DNA of 64,000 bases, from the NCBI GenBank assembly GCA_963842545.1, contig CAWJGR010000030.1, positions 2,617 through 66,616 on the forward strand, given 5' to 3'. This DNA is from Candidatus Bathyarchaeota archaeon (GTDB taxonomy: Archaea > Thermoproteota > Bathyarchaeia > Bathyarchaeales > Bathycorpusculaceae). Positions 18,955 to 29,500 of the stretch are shown piece by piece. The position numbers and the translations under genes are program-made. The notes beneath the pieces were generated by a model. It did not search any database, was not told the DNA's origin, and worked only from the letters and a program-made list of their open reading frames with translations. The first letter of the stretch is position 1, and the number at the start of each line of letters is the position of its first letter.

Positions 18955-19725
18955 ATGTCTGTATCACCTGGACTAAGAGAAGTTTTAGCCAGAAGAATCG
19001 CTGGAGAAATAATTCTTTCAAGCAAACCAGGCTCAACCATGAAGAAATGGCGTGAACTCTTTGCGGTTTCACAAATCAGCCTATCAGAAGCCATGGGGCT
19101 CTCATCTTCGGTTATAAGCGACTATGAAAGCGGAAGAAGAAAAAGCCCAGGCGCCAAATTCATCCGCAGATTCGTGCTCTCGCTTCTGCATATTGATGAA
19201 GGTAAAGGCAGCCGCTTTATTCGAGAATTTGCTAAATTGACAAGTTCACCAAGTATGGCAGTTGTGGACTTACGCGAGTTCCCCATACCTGTCAGGGTAG
19301 AGTACCTTTGCAAAGCCATCGCAGGAGAGGTGGTAGCTTGCAAAGAAAAATACGTCAAAGAAGTAAACGGCTACACCGTCATCGACAGCAGAAAAGCAGT
19401 TGAAGCATACTCGGGTTCTGAGTATACTCAACTCTTTGGCGCTTCAACCGAGCGGGCACTGGTTTTCACCAACATCGAAACTGGATGTTTACCCATGATG
19501 ATTGTACGAGTAAGCAGTCTTAAACCGCGCGTCGTAGTTTTCCATAAGACCATGCCAGATGAAGAAGCAATAAGGATAGCAGAGTACGAGCAAATCCCGC
19601 TCATATACTCAACCGTCCCCAGTCTTGAGCAACTGGTAAAATCGCTTCGTAAACTTTATCGGATTGCCCTACGAATTAAATTGGGAAGACGAAAGGTTCG
19701 TCCTCCGCCAAAAATAAGCGCCTAA
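18955..19725 (+). CDS. XRE-HTH transcriptional regulator with DRTGG-like domain (COG1709-type)
   Basis: RRIAGEIILS..KKWRE..SVISDYESGRRKSPG; STERALVFT. Confidence 0.9.
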   Translation: MSVSPGLREVLARRIAGEIILSSKPGSTMKKWRELFAVSQISLSEAMGLSSSVISDYESGRRKSPGAKFIRRFVLSLLHIDEGKGSRFIREFAKLTSSPSMAVVDLREFPIPVRVEYLCKAIAGEVVACKEKYVKEVNGYTVIDSRKAVEAYSGSEYTQLFGASTERALVFTNIETGCLPMMIVRVSSLKPRVVVFHKTMPDEEAIRIAEYEQIPLIYSTVPSLEQLVKSLRKLYRIALRIKLGRRKVRPPPKISA

Positions 19726-19779
19726 GAATGTTGGCGTAATTCTGCTTTAGACTTCTCTATTTCTGGTCGTTAACGTTTT

Positions 19780-20190
19780 TTATGAACTACGAAGGACTAT
19801 CATTGTGTTGGTTTTCATGATACCTTCAACTCGTCGGATTTTCTCGATACACTCGTTAACTTCTGTGACGTTCATTCCGCTGATTACTGCTACGATGTCA
19901 TATTCGCCTGTGACCTCGTAAACGGTTTCCACGTTAGGGATAGCTTGGATTTTTTTTGAGACTTCTTGGGTTGGGTAGGCTGGGTTGGTAGCAAGTAAGG
20001 TGATGGCTTGGGAGCCTTCTGATACGCCGATTTTAATGGTGAATTTCTTGATAATGTTTTCGTCGGTTAATATTTTAATTCTTTTGCGGATAGCGCCTTC
20101 TGATAATCCTACTTTAGCTCCTATTTCGCCATATCCTGCTCTTCCGTCTTCTTTTAGGATTTTTATGATTTGTTTGTCCTTTTCATCCAT
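19780..20190 (-). CDS. lysM: Lrp/AsnC regulator, LysM-like, divergent from lysW
   Basis: HTH-AsnC (DGR..Y.EIG..GLSEGAIRKR), EVTGEYD, and genomic context. Confidence 0.85.
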   Translation of the reverse strand: MDEKDKQIIKILKEDGRAGYGEIGAKVGLSEGAIRKRIKILTDENIIKKFTIKIGVSEGSQAITLLATNPAYPTQEVSKKIQAIPNVETVYEVTGEYDIVAVISGMNVTEVNECIEKIRRVEGIMKTNTMIVLRSS

Positions 20191-20366
20191 CTTTTCAGCC
20201 GATTATCTAATTGTATGCAAAAATTTAACGTTTTCCATCTTTAATCTTGGAGATCAGAACGTATTTCGTTATATTGAAGCGTTTATAGTCCGTTTTCTTT
20301 CCAGAAAAGCAATCAAAAAAGCTGCACCAAATAGAACATTAAAAGTCCAAGTTGTAACAAATTAGT

Positions 20367-20381
20367 CAAAATGTTTAAAAG
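20367..20381 (+). promoter_or_regulatory. BRE/TATA of the lysW operon
   Basis: CAAAATG-TTTAAAAG upstream of lysW. Confidence 0.45.
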
Positions 20382-20437
20382 AAACCCGAAATAATCAGAA
20401 TGACATTTCCAAATAAAAATAAAGTGACGAACAAAAA

Positions 20438-20644
20438 ATGATTAAACCAGTAAACTCAAACCAATCAAACGCAAAAGCAAAATGCCCAGACTGTGACGCA
20501 GATCTTGATGTTCCAGCAGACACAGAGAAAGGCGAAATTGTAAGTTGCCCCGGCTGTGGACTCGAGCTCGAAGTTAAACAGGTAAAATGCGGTTGCGTTG
20601 ACCTTCAAGAATTAACCATTGAAGGCGAAGACTGGGGCGAATAA
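20438..20644 (+). CDS. lysW: Amino-group carrier protein LysW
   Basis: CPDC..CPGC zinc ribbon and C-terminal EDWGE. Confidence 0.97.
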   Translation: MIKPVNSNQSNAKAKCPDCDADLDVPADTEKGEIVSCPGCGLELEVKQVKCGCVDLQELTIEGEDWGE

Positions 20645-20719
20645 ACAGTATCCACCAACCCCTTCTCTTGCATTAAATCACCTTTTTAAGGAATTATTTT
20701 TTGACGGAAGCTGAAAGCG

Positions 20720-21904
20720 ATGAGCATTGCCCTTTTGTACGAGCGATCGGAAAACGACGAAAATGGCATAAAGCTCACTGCTCAACAACTCGGCATAGAC
20801 TTAACGTTTATTCCCTTCCGAAAAATTGCCTTAGCCATCTCCAAAGATGGTTTTAATGCTAAAACAAAAGGTAAAGACTACTCCAGCATCATTGAAAACA
20901 CCCAAGTTATCCTTAACCGTGCACAGAGCAAGAATCGACGTCTTCAAGCCTCATACTTCATGGAGATGCTGGGAAAAAAAACTCTAAACACATCCCAAGT
21001 CGAATTTGTATGCTACAGCAAGCTCCGTACACTCTTAAATCTCTACAAAGAAGGCATTCCAATTCCCAAAACCGTCTTCGTGCCCTGTGACGCATCAGAT
21101 AAACTGAAAAATGGACACGAAATTCACAACGAAAAAGACATAGCTGACCTCTTCGAGACAGAAATTCCTATAGAAGAAGGTATAGTGATTAAGGCAGATG
21201 CTGGAACCCACGGCAAAATGATAATGCTTTCAAATACACGAGAGGAACTAGAAGTCAACATCAAAGAGACCAAGCCCTCTATAATCAACCCTGTTGGGGT
21301 TGTTGCCCAGGAACTTGTGCAGAAATGGTTTTACGACTTACGCATAATTGTATCCCAAGAAAAAGGCAAGGAGCCAGTTTGCTACCACACTTCAATGGCA
21401 AGAGCTGGCTACAAAGATTTCCGAACCAACACTTTTCTTGGCAACCTAGTTTTCCACTCAAAATTGCCGCTAAGTATTCAAGAGTTAGCTGTAAAATGCG
21501 GTAAAACCCTTGGCAAAGATAGCGATGCATGGATATTCGCGTTGGATGCCATGGTGAATGTTAAAGAAAACAAGAATGCAGATGATGTTTATGTTAAAGG
21601 CGAACTAGATAAGGCTGTTCAAGGTTTTGTTCCGGTACAAAAAGTTAAGTCGGATGAGACACGCTTAACTGATTTCGAAACGTGGACGACCAAATTAGAA
21701 AAAGCCTTTAGCATCTATAAAAATAGTGAAGCTTACCAAAATATTAATAATATAATTGAAGAAAACCTTGAAAAGAATAAGGGTGCCTTAGTGTTTCATG
21801 AGTCAAATTCTTGTCCAGAGTTCTGGGAGAATACTAGACTCGCAACAGGCTTAAACGTTGCAATTCCCCTTCTAAATTGTGCTCAAAGTCTAATCGACCA
21901 TTAA
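20720..21904 (+). CDS. lysX: LysX/ArgX-type ATP-grasp ligase, divergent, with insertion
   Basis: Lies between lysW and lysY. LNRAQS, IPKT, QELV..DLR, FRTN, HESNSCPEF. Confidence 0.8.
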   Translation: MSIALLYERSENDENGIKLTAQQLGIDLTFIPFRKIALAISKDGFNAKTKGKDYSSIIENTQVILNRAQSKNRRLQASYFMEMLGKKTLNTSQVEFVCYSKLRTLLNLYKEGIPIPKTVFVPCDASDKLKNGHEIHNEKDIADLFETEIPIEEGIVIKADAGTHGKMIMLSNTREELEVNIKETKPSIINPVGVVAQELVQKWFYDLRIIVSQEKGKEPVCYHTSMARAGYKDFRTNTFLGNLVFHSKLPLSIQELAVKCGKTLGKDSDAWIFALDAMVNVKENKNADDVYVKGELDKAVQGFVPVQKVKSDETRLTDFETWTTKLEKAFSIYKNSEAYQNINNIIEENLEKNKGALVFHESNSCPEFWENTRLATGLNVAIPLLNCAQSLIDH

Positions 21905-21930
21905 TTTAACAAACAAAGAGGAAAAAGAGA

Positions 21931-22983
21931 ATGCGAATAGGAATAATCGGTGGTTCAGGATACGTTGGCAGCGAACTTTTAAGACTGCTGCTTATGCATC
22001 CAGAGGTAGAGGTAACTATGGTTACTTCCCGACAGAGTGCAGGAGAATACATCTTTAACATTCACCCAAACCTTAGAGGTTTAACTCAACTGAAATTTGT
22101 TCCTCAAGACATGGGTGAATTGCAGAAGAACTGCGACTTGGTCTTTACAGCTACCCCGCACGGAGGCTCTGTTAACCTTGTACCTAAACTGTTGGAGGCA
22201 GGCTTAAAAGTAATCGATATGAGCGCTGATTTTCGTCTCAAAAACCCAGCTGACTACGACTCTTATTATGGTTGGAAGCATGCTCACCCAGAAATGTTGA
22301 AGGAAGCTGCATATGGTTTGCCAGAACTTCATCGAGAAGAAATAAAAAAAGCCAAACTGGTCGCCTGCCCTGGCTGCATGGCAACATCAGCAATTCTAGC
22401 CTTAGCCCCAATAGTAAAAGCGGGCTTAGTTGATAACAACAAAATAATAGTTGACCTCAAAGTGGGTTCTTCTGGCGGTGGCAGTAAGCCAAACCTCGCC
22501 TCACACCACCCCGAACGCTTCAGCGGAGTGCGCCCTTATCAAGTTACAGGGCATCGCCACACAGCCGAAGTTGAACAGGAACTAACTGCACTAGCAACAG
22601 AACCAGTCAAAATCGGATTCACACCCCACGCCGTCAACATGGTCCGCGGAATCCTCGCAACCAGCTACGCATTTCCCAAGCAACCCTTAACCAGTAAAGA
22701 CCTCTGGAAAGCACTCCGAGGAATGTATGGCACCGAACCCTTCATTCGTTTAGTGAAGTACCAGAAAGGACCCTACCAGTTGCCCGACCCAAAAATTGTC
22801 ATGGGCACAAACTTCTGCGATGTCGGCTTCGAAATCGATGAACATGCAAACCGCCTCATACTCTTCTCTGCAATAGACAACATGACTAAGGGCGCCGCAG
22901 GACAAGGAGTCCAATGCCTTAACTTGCTTATGGATATTGACGAAACCACAGGTCTAAAGAGCACTGGTTTCCATCCGGTCTGA
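21931..22983 (+). CDS. lysY: LysW-aminoadipyl/glutamyl-phosphate reductase
   Basis: GGSGYVG, ACPGCMAT, GHRH, IDNMTKGAAGQ. Confidence 0.95.
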   Translation: MRIGIIGGSGYVGSELLRLLLMHPEVEVTMVTSRQSAGEYIFNIHPNLRGLTQLKFVPQDMGELQKNCDLVFTATPHGGSVNLVPKLLEAGLKVIDMSADFRLKNPADYDSYYGWKHAHPEMLKEAAYGLPELHREEIKKAKLVACPGCMATSAILALAPIVKAGLVDNNKIIVDLKVGSSGGGSKPNLASHHPERFSGVRPYQVTGHRHTAEVEQELTALATEPVKIGFTPHAVNMVRGILATSYAFPKQPLTSKDLWKALRGMYGTEPFIRLVKYQKGPYQLPDPKIVMGTNFCDVGFEIDEHANRLILFSAIDNMTKGAAGQGVQCLNLLMDIDETTGLKSTGFHPV

Positions 22984-22988
22984 TTGCT

Positions 22989-23798
22989 ATGTTGCTTGTC
23001 ATCAAAATGGGCGGAAGCATTCTGAAAGAAGGAGCTTCAAGTGACCTCATCTCTGATCTAAAAGAAGTAACTAAAACAAACAAAGTTGTCCTTGTTCATG
23101 GCGGAGGAGCAGAGGTCACTGAAATCGCTTCCAAACTGGGAAAAGAACAAAAATTCATAATGTCTCCCGAAGGCTTCCGCAGCCGCTACACCGACAAAGA
23201 AACCATTGAAATCTACATGATGGTCATGGCAGGTAAAATGAACAAGCAAATTGTTCTTGCGTTAGAAAGCCAAGGAATCCAAGCTGTTGGGTTAAGTGGA
23301 TTAGACGCCGGAATCTTAAAGGCTGAACGAAAAACGAAATTGATAGCGGTAGACGAAAGAGGAAGAAAAAAAGTTATGGATGGCGGCTACACTGGCAAAA
23401 TTACTCAAGTTAACACCGAACTGCTCAACTTGCTACTCGAGAAAGGCTATGTTCCAATTGTAACTCCAATCGCCCTTAGCCAAGACTGCGAACCCTTAAA
23501 CGTTGACGGTGACCGAACCGCAGCAATAATAGCAGGTGCACTCAAAGCAGACAAATTAATCCTCCTAACCGATGTGGAAGGCCTAATGCTCAAGGGCGAA
23601 AGAGTCCCGAAAATCGCATCCACCGAAGTCAAAGAAGTGCTCTCTAAAATTGGAGGCGGCATGAGTACAAAAATCCACGCGGGATTAGAAGCACTAAACC
23701 AGGGCGTAGAAGAGGTCCTTGTTACCTCTGGTTCCATCAAGCAACCAATTACTTCAGTTTTAAATCATCAGGTTGGAACAGTGATAACCAGTGAATGA
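22989..23798 (+). CDS. lysZ: LysW-aminoadipate/glutamate kinase
   Basis: KMGGS, VHGGG, SRYTD, LNVDGDR, GGGMSTK. Confidence 0.95.
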   Translation: MLLVIKMGGSILKEGASSDLISDLKEVTKTNKVVLVHGGGAEVTEIASKLGKEQKFIMSPEGFRSRYTDKETIEIYMMVMAGKMNKQIVLALESQGIQAVGLSGLDAGILKAERKTKLIAVDERGRKKVMDGGYTGKITQVNTELLNLLLEKGYVPIVTPIALSQDCEPLNVDGDRTAAIIAGALKADKLILLTDVEGLMLKGERVPKIASTEVKEVLSKIGGGMSTKIHAGLEALNQGVEEVLVTSGSIKQPITSVLNHQVGTVITSE

Positions 23799-25002
23799 AA
23801 AGACTATAATAGATATTGAAACGCGCTACTTGGCGAATGTCTTTTCCAAAAAACCAGTTGTCCTCACTAAGGGCAAAGGTGCACTCTTGTGGGATATCAA
23901 TGGAAGAGAATATGTTGATTGCGCAAGCAGTTACGGTGTAGCAGCGCTGGGCCATTGTCACCCAAAAGTTGTGGCGGCAATTAAAGCCCAAGCAGAAGAA
24001 CTCATTACCTGCCACAGTTGTTATTACAACGATAAACGAGCTGAATTCATAGAAAAACTAGTAAAGATAACGCCCAAAGGTCTAGACAAAGCGTTCCTTT
24101 CCAACAGCGGTGCAGAATCAGTTGAATGTGCAATAAAATTAGCCCGAAAATTCACGAGTAAAACTGAAATAATAGCATTGATGGGTGCTTTTCACGGCAA
24201 AACCATGGGTGCCCTGTCCGCGACTTGGGATAAGAAATACCGTGAACCCTTCATTCCGCTCGTTCCTGAAGTTAAACATGTTAGCCCAGATAATTCTGAC
24301 AAAATTTTGGAAGCCATAACTGACAAAACTGCTGCGGTTCTTATGGAGCCGATTCGCGGGGAAGGAGGTGTTCGGGTTCCACCAGATGGCTACTTGCAGG
24401 CAGTTCGTGAAATCTGTAATGAGAAGGGTGTTCTGCTCATTTTCGATGAAGTTCAAACGAGTTTTGGTCGCACAGGTAAGCTTTTCGGATGCCAAAATTG
24501 GGGTGTTACGCCTGATGTTATGTGCTTGGCGAAGCCTTTTGCAGGCGGGTTACCAATAGGAATAACGGTTGCTAAAGAAAATATCATGTCTTCGTTTAAA
24601 GTTGGAGAACACTCGACCACTTTCAGCGGAAGCCCATTAGTTTGTGCCGCGGGATGTGCAGCAATAGATGCGCTTCTGGAAGAAAAGCTTGCCGAAAAAG
24701 CTGCCGTTAACGGCAAATACTTCAAAGAACAACTGGAGGCTTTGCAAGCTAAATACAAAATCATAAAGGAAGTCCGTGGATTAGGCTTAATGCTGGGCAT
24801 GGAACTACGGTTCGATGTTCACAATGTAATCTTGAAGGCGCAGGCAAAGGGTGTTTTAGTGCTTGATGCAGGCAGAACCGTTGTTCGCTTACTTCCGCCA
24901 CTTGTGATTGAGAAAGCACAAATCGACAAAGCGATAGAAGTTTTAGACACAGTTTTGGGAGAAGAAGAAAATGAGCGAGCAAGCAGTCAGGTTCCTAACT
25001 AA
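23791..25002 (+). CDS. lysJ: LysW-semialdehyde aminotransferase (class III PLP)
   Basis: SNSGAES, FHGKT, DEVQTSFGRTG, LAK. Confidence 0.95.
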   Translation: MNEKTIIDIETRYLANVFSKKPVVLTKGKGALLWDINGREYVDCASSYGVAALGHCHPKVVAAIKAQAEELITCHSCYYNDKRAEFIEKLVKITPKGLDKAFLSNSGAESVECAIKLARKFTSKTEIIALMGAFHGKTMGALSATWDKKYREPFIPLVPEVKHVSPDNSDKILEAITDKTAAVLMEPIRGEGGVRVPPDGYLQAVREICNEKGVLLIFDEVQTSFGRTGKLFGCQNWGVTPDVMCLAKPFAGGLPIGITVAKENIMSSFKVGEHSTTFSGSPLVCAAGCAAIDALLEEKLAEKAAVNGKYFKEQLEALQAKYKIIKEVRGLGLMLGMELRFDVHNVILKAQAKGVLVLDAGRTVVRLLPPLVIEKAQIDKAIEVLDTVLGEEENERASSQVPN

Positions 25003-26104
25003 CCTTTTAGGCATCTATAGCCCTTCGGGCAAAGAAGAGGATGCAGCCAACTTCTTAGATCTTGAAATGAATAAGATGGGGTTTGAAGTAGGCAAAGATG
25101 CTATCGGAAATGTCATCGGAGTCGTCGGAGATGGCGAACCTGTTATTCTATTGTGCGGTCACATGGATACAGTAGTCGGGCATCTGCCGCTCCGCATCGA
25201 AGAGGGTAAAATCTTTGCTCGAGGTGCCGTAGACGCGAAGGGTCCTCTTGCCGCAATGATCATGGCTGCTTTGGCTGCTAGCAAAGAGCCCAGTTTTAAA
25301 GGAAAAATTTTAGTTGCTGCAGTAGTCGAGGAAGAAGCGACAAGCCGAGGCGTTAAACATCTAATAACACAAGGAATCCAAGCAAATTACGCCATTTTCG
25401 GTGAACCAAGCGGCGTTGAAAATGTAACCATCGGATATAAAGGCCAAATCCAGCTTAAGATCATCCTCAAAACTGAGACCGGGCATGCCTCTACTCCTTG
25501 GCTCTACGACAACTCTTTAGAGAAGGCGATTGAGCTTTGGGAACAAATCAAGAATGCATCTTCTTATCCCTCATTGGATCCTTCAGCGAGCCCTTACAAC
25601 GCAGTTACAGCCTGTTTGGTAAAGCTTGTAGGTGGCAGAGCGACCTCTGTTGTTCCTTTTGAAGCAGAAATGAACCTTGACGTAAGAGTTCCCATACAGT
25701 TCTCTACGACTCAAGTTTTTGAGCAGATACAAAAGATAATTGCAAAGTACCAATCTGCCAATCCGAAAGTGTCTGTAAAGGCAGCTGTCCTAGATACTGT
25801 TGAGCCATTTGAAGTAAACAAAGCTTCACCACTTGTCCACATACTTTCTTCGTCAGTTAGGAAAGTGCTTAACAAACCTGCAACTTTGCTACATAAGACT
25901 GGAACGGGTGACATGAATATCTTGGGAAAAGCAATGAACCTACCGATAGTCACCTATGGACCAGGCGACTCGCATCTAGACCACACCTTAGATGAACACA
26001 TCAACGTTAGCGAATACTTGGACTCAATCGCAGTTTACAAAGAGACCCTTCTTAAATTGTCGGAGCTATACAATAGTAGAAATGGCTCTCAAATTACAAT
26101 TTAA
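24971..26104 (+). CDS. lysK: LysW-lysine/ornithine hydrolase (M20)
   Basis: GHMDTV, GAVDAKG, VEEE, GEPSG, YGPGDSHLDHT. Confidence 0.95.
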   Translation: MSEQAVRFLTNLLGIYSPSGKEEDAANFLDLEMNKMGFEVGKDAIGNVIGVVGDGEPVILLCGHMDTVVGHLPLRIEEGKIFARGAVDAKGPLAAMIMAALAASKEPSFKGKILVAAVVEEEATSRGVKHLITQGIQANYAIFGEPSGVENVTIGYKGQIQLKIILKTETGHASTPWLYDNSLEKAIELWEQIKNASSYPSLDPSASPYNAVTACLVKLVGGRATSVVPFEAEMNLDVRVPIQFSTTQVFEQIQKIIAKYQSANPKVSVKAAVLDTVEPFEVNKASPLVHILSSSVRKVLNKPATLLHKTGTGDMNILGKAMNLPIVTYGPGDSHLDHTLDEHINVSEYLDSIAVYKETLLKLSELYNSRNGSQITI

Positions 26105-26197
26105 TTTCGAGTGGGCATTTGTCATTATCTTAATTCTTGAAATTAGTCAATGAATAATTAGGCAGACATTGGGCGAAAAATCTTAGGAATATTATTT

Positions 26198-26500
26198 TTG
26201 AACATTTTCATGTTCAAGGTAACCAAGAAGAAAATAAAACACACCAGCAAAAAATGCTGCCACACAGTTGACATTGCCTATAAGCCGGTTGTGCTCTATG
26301 TGTGGCTTCCCGAGGTTGAGAGAGTGTTTGCCCAAATAGTAATTGATTGCCAAACTCAAAAAGAAATAGTTAGCTGTGAATATTGTATTGTGAAAGAAAA
26401 CTGCCATCTCCGATTTGAGTTAGAAGACAAAACACGTAGGGTTGAAATTGAAGAGGCGTCACCAATTTTGATTGCTCCTCTTCTGCTGATAAAAGTGTAA
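26198..26500 (+). CDS. Small hypothetical Cys-rich protein
   Basis: 100-aa ORF with CCH and CEYC..C. Confidence 0.5.
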   Translation: MNIFMFKVTKKKIKHTSKKCCHTVDIAYKPVVLYVWLPEVERVFAQIVIDCQTQKEIVSCEYCIVKENCHLRFELEDKTRRVEIEEASPILIAPLLLIKV

Positions 26501-26598
26501 TTTGTTAGAATCCTGTTTTGTTGGTAATGTCTTTAAACGTAAGCGACGGTAAATACAGTAATCTTAACACAAGTTAAGGCGAAAGTGTTTAGCAATAA

Positions 26599-29500
26599 AT
26601 GGGCGATGAATAGACGAGCGAAGACAACTTCAATGTAGAATTTTCAGAAGAGAATGAGGAAAACGAGGGGTGTTTAACCGCTTCAGGGATAGCAGAATAC
26701 ATCCGCTTTAACTGTTGTCCACGTTTCTTCAAATTAAAATTCGAAGGTAAAGAAGTAAAAAAACGCAAATGGCCCGAAGCCTTCAAACCAATAAGTCCTC
26801 TACTCTATGGAACAGGAAAAGCCCTTGAAGAGAAGAAAATATCTGAATTAAAAGAGAAAGCCGCAGAATATTTCGATTTTACCAAATTTGACCCCAAACT
26901 ACATGGCAAGAATGGCTGGGAGAAAGCAAAGGATGCCACAAATAAATTATGCTATGTAATCGAGAATCAGATTAATGCAGGAGAAACAAATGAAAGTAGA
27001 CCTATTTTGCTTTATCAGGTTCCTATGAAAGGTCCGATCGGTGTTTGGGATATCAAGGGTATTGCCGATTTAATTGCCATTTGGCCACTAAAAGATGGCA
27101 AAGTCAAAGTTAGGATTTTTGAACTTAAGTCTTCATGGAAAGAACAGACAGCTCATCGTATTCAGGTTGCAATTTACGTTTTGTTGCTTTCACAGGAATT
27201 AGGCAGTTTATCATCTAAGGTAACCGTTGAAGGTGGCGTCATCAATAGAGAGACAATCTTAGAGAACCTTGCTGCCGCGAATCTTCCAAAGTTCAAGTTA
27301 AGCCCACTAATTCAAGATGTAGAACGTCTTCTTGCCAAAAACGGTGAGTTAAACCGTATCCATAACCAACCTTTGGAAAAAGTCGAGTATCAACTGTGTT
27401 GGCGGTGTGATAACTGTGGTTTTAACGAGTGTTGCATTGTTTGTGCAGTTGAAAACGAGAGTATTGCCTTGCTAAATCTTAGTCGTGGTGAACAAAAAGC
27501 ATTTGCACAACACGGCATAACGCGTATAGAGGATCTAGCAAAGTTGAATTTTGTGGTTGATTCTAATGATTTGCGACCTTACGATTTTAAAACCACCCCT
27601 GCAAGAGACGCAAAAAAGGTGCATGAGATATCCACTGACCCGATCATTGGTGGCAAACTTGATTGGTTGGTAGAACGTGCCCAGTATATGTTAGCAGGAA
27701 TTCGGCCTAACAGTCCCTATGCAAACAAAAGCCGGTGGATGCCTTGGTTAAATGGAACAGGATATGGAAGTCTTCCTGAAGACAGCCCCGTAGCGGGAGC
27801 AGATAAAACACTAACATCTAACCCAGATGGCATGATCCGAATTTACCTGTTTGTAGAATGGGACTACATGCTCGACGTTATCTCAATGATAAGCGCCCGA
27901 GTAGACTGCACAAGTTACAAGGGTGAACCCCCAAGCCCATCCCGTATCATCGTAAATCTCCCAGACGACCATCAGGAGGCATTGGATGAAGAGAAGAAGT
28001 TAATGGAAGACTTTTTCCAAGATTTAACTCAGGCAATAACAAAAATAGCCAATGAAGTAGGTAGTCCAGCCGAAGCTCCAATTCACCTTTACTTTTTTAG
28101 CCGCAGAGAACGCGACGTACTAATGAAGAGCGTATGTCGCCAGCCATCACTTATTAGCGCACAGGCAGTTCGTGACCTTTTGGGTCTCAGACAAGCAATT
28201 GACCAACCAATGTTCTCCATACTGCAAGACGAAGTTCAGCATAGAAAAGCATTGAAATTTCACAGTACAGGATTATTGCCGATTCTTGAACAAGTCAGTT
28301 TTTTTGACCGTAAACATTGGATTGCAAAACGCAAAGATGGAACACAAGTGGATTTAAGCCTTGTTTTTCGCGACGGCTTGTTCAATTACTCTCTTCCTTA
28401 TAACCGAAACCATGATGGCTCAATTGGATTTCTCCGGATTGACTCGGTACACAAAGATGGATATTACCCTGCCCGTGCCCGTTTCGGAGACCAATTGCCA
28501 ATTGAGTATATTTGGGGTGCTAAGGATCGTCTGGAGAATTTTGTCGAAAATGGACCTTCGAAGGTTTTGTTGGAGAAACGCAAATGGTGTGATTATGTTC
28601 AAAAGACACGTCGAATTACCGATGAAGAGCTAACTCTAATGGGTCAAAAGATTTGCATGGTGTTAGAACATATTGAACGATCCCTAACAATTCGGAACCG
28701 ACGATTAGGCAAAAAGCCTATTTCTATTCCTACTATTTCCTCGTTTACATTGGGTGAAGCCACTTTGGAACGTAGTTGCCGAGAATTTCTTGATCTGGAA
28801 CATTTTTCCAAGCGCCAGGAGATGTATCAGCACTATGCTTTGCTTCCTTATCAGCGTGTTGCTTCGGGCAGATCGCTGATTTTTGAGTGTACGGGTATCG
28901 CTGAGTCAGAGAAGGAATTTGTGGTTCGGGGCAAACTTGTCTACGAGGGTATCGGATTGCCCAAAGTTGAATGCGTTGCCAACGCATGCAGAGTAAAGGG
29001 TGCAGATGGTTCAAGCTCGGGTGATTGGATGGTTGTAACTGAGCTTAAGCGTAATGAGCAGGGGCAGTTTGAAGAAGCCAATAAACGTTCACCATCCGAA
29101 GTTGAAAAATCTGCACGAGCAATCGTGGACACTGTGAATGTGAGAAAAGGCGAGATAGCGATCAATGTGGTAAGTTGGCCAAGTGGTAAAGGCAGAAAAT
29201 ACAGTGCCTGGCACAATCTCCCAACAACTGACCCTGAGAAAGCTCAGAACAAGTATATGCAACTTTTCGAAGTTGGAAGACTCTACATATTGGATGAATT
29301 GGCGGACGATATTATTTCTGATAGAGCTGCTAAATGCCTGGACTATGCTGGTAACAACGTGCTCTATATGTTGTTGTCGGGTTTCTTAGCTGGCAAGTCC
29401 GGGGTTTCTTTGCATTCAGCTTTGCCAAGGGATGCAGCTTTGCCGTTTTTACGTTGGGTTGAAGGTAGGAGGTTTTCGCCTAAAGCTGAGCAGCAACGGT

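Noticed and set aside
26611-26613. In-frame TAG after MGDE in the nuclease-helicase, as pyrrolysine or readthrough
   Set aside because: No pyl genes in the window, non-catalytic position, and an indel next to the alternative ATG at 26606 explains it.
26599-27450. Cas4-like domain suggesting a CRISPR-Cas locus
   Set aside because: Fused to an SF1 helicase; no cas1/cas2 and no repeat-spacer array seen in the window.
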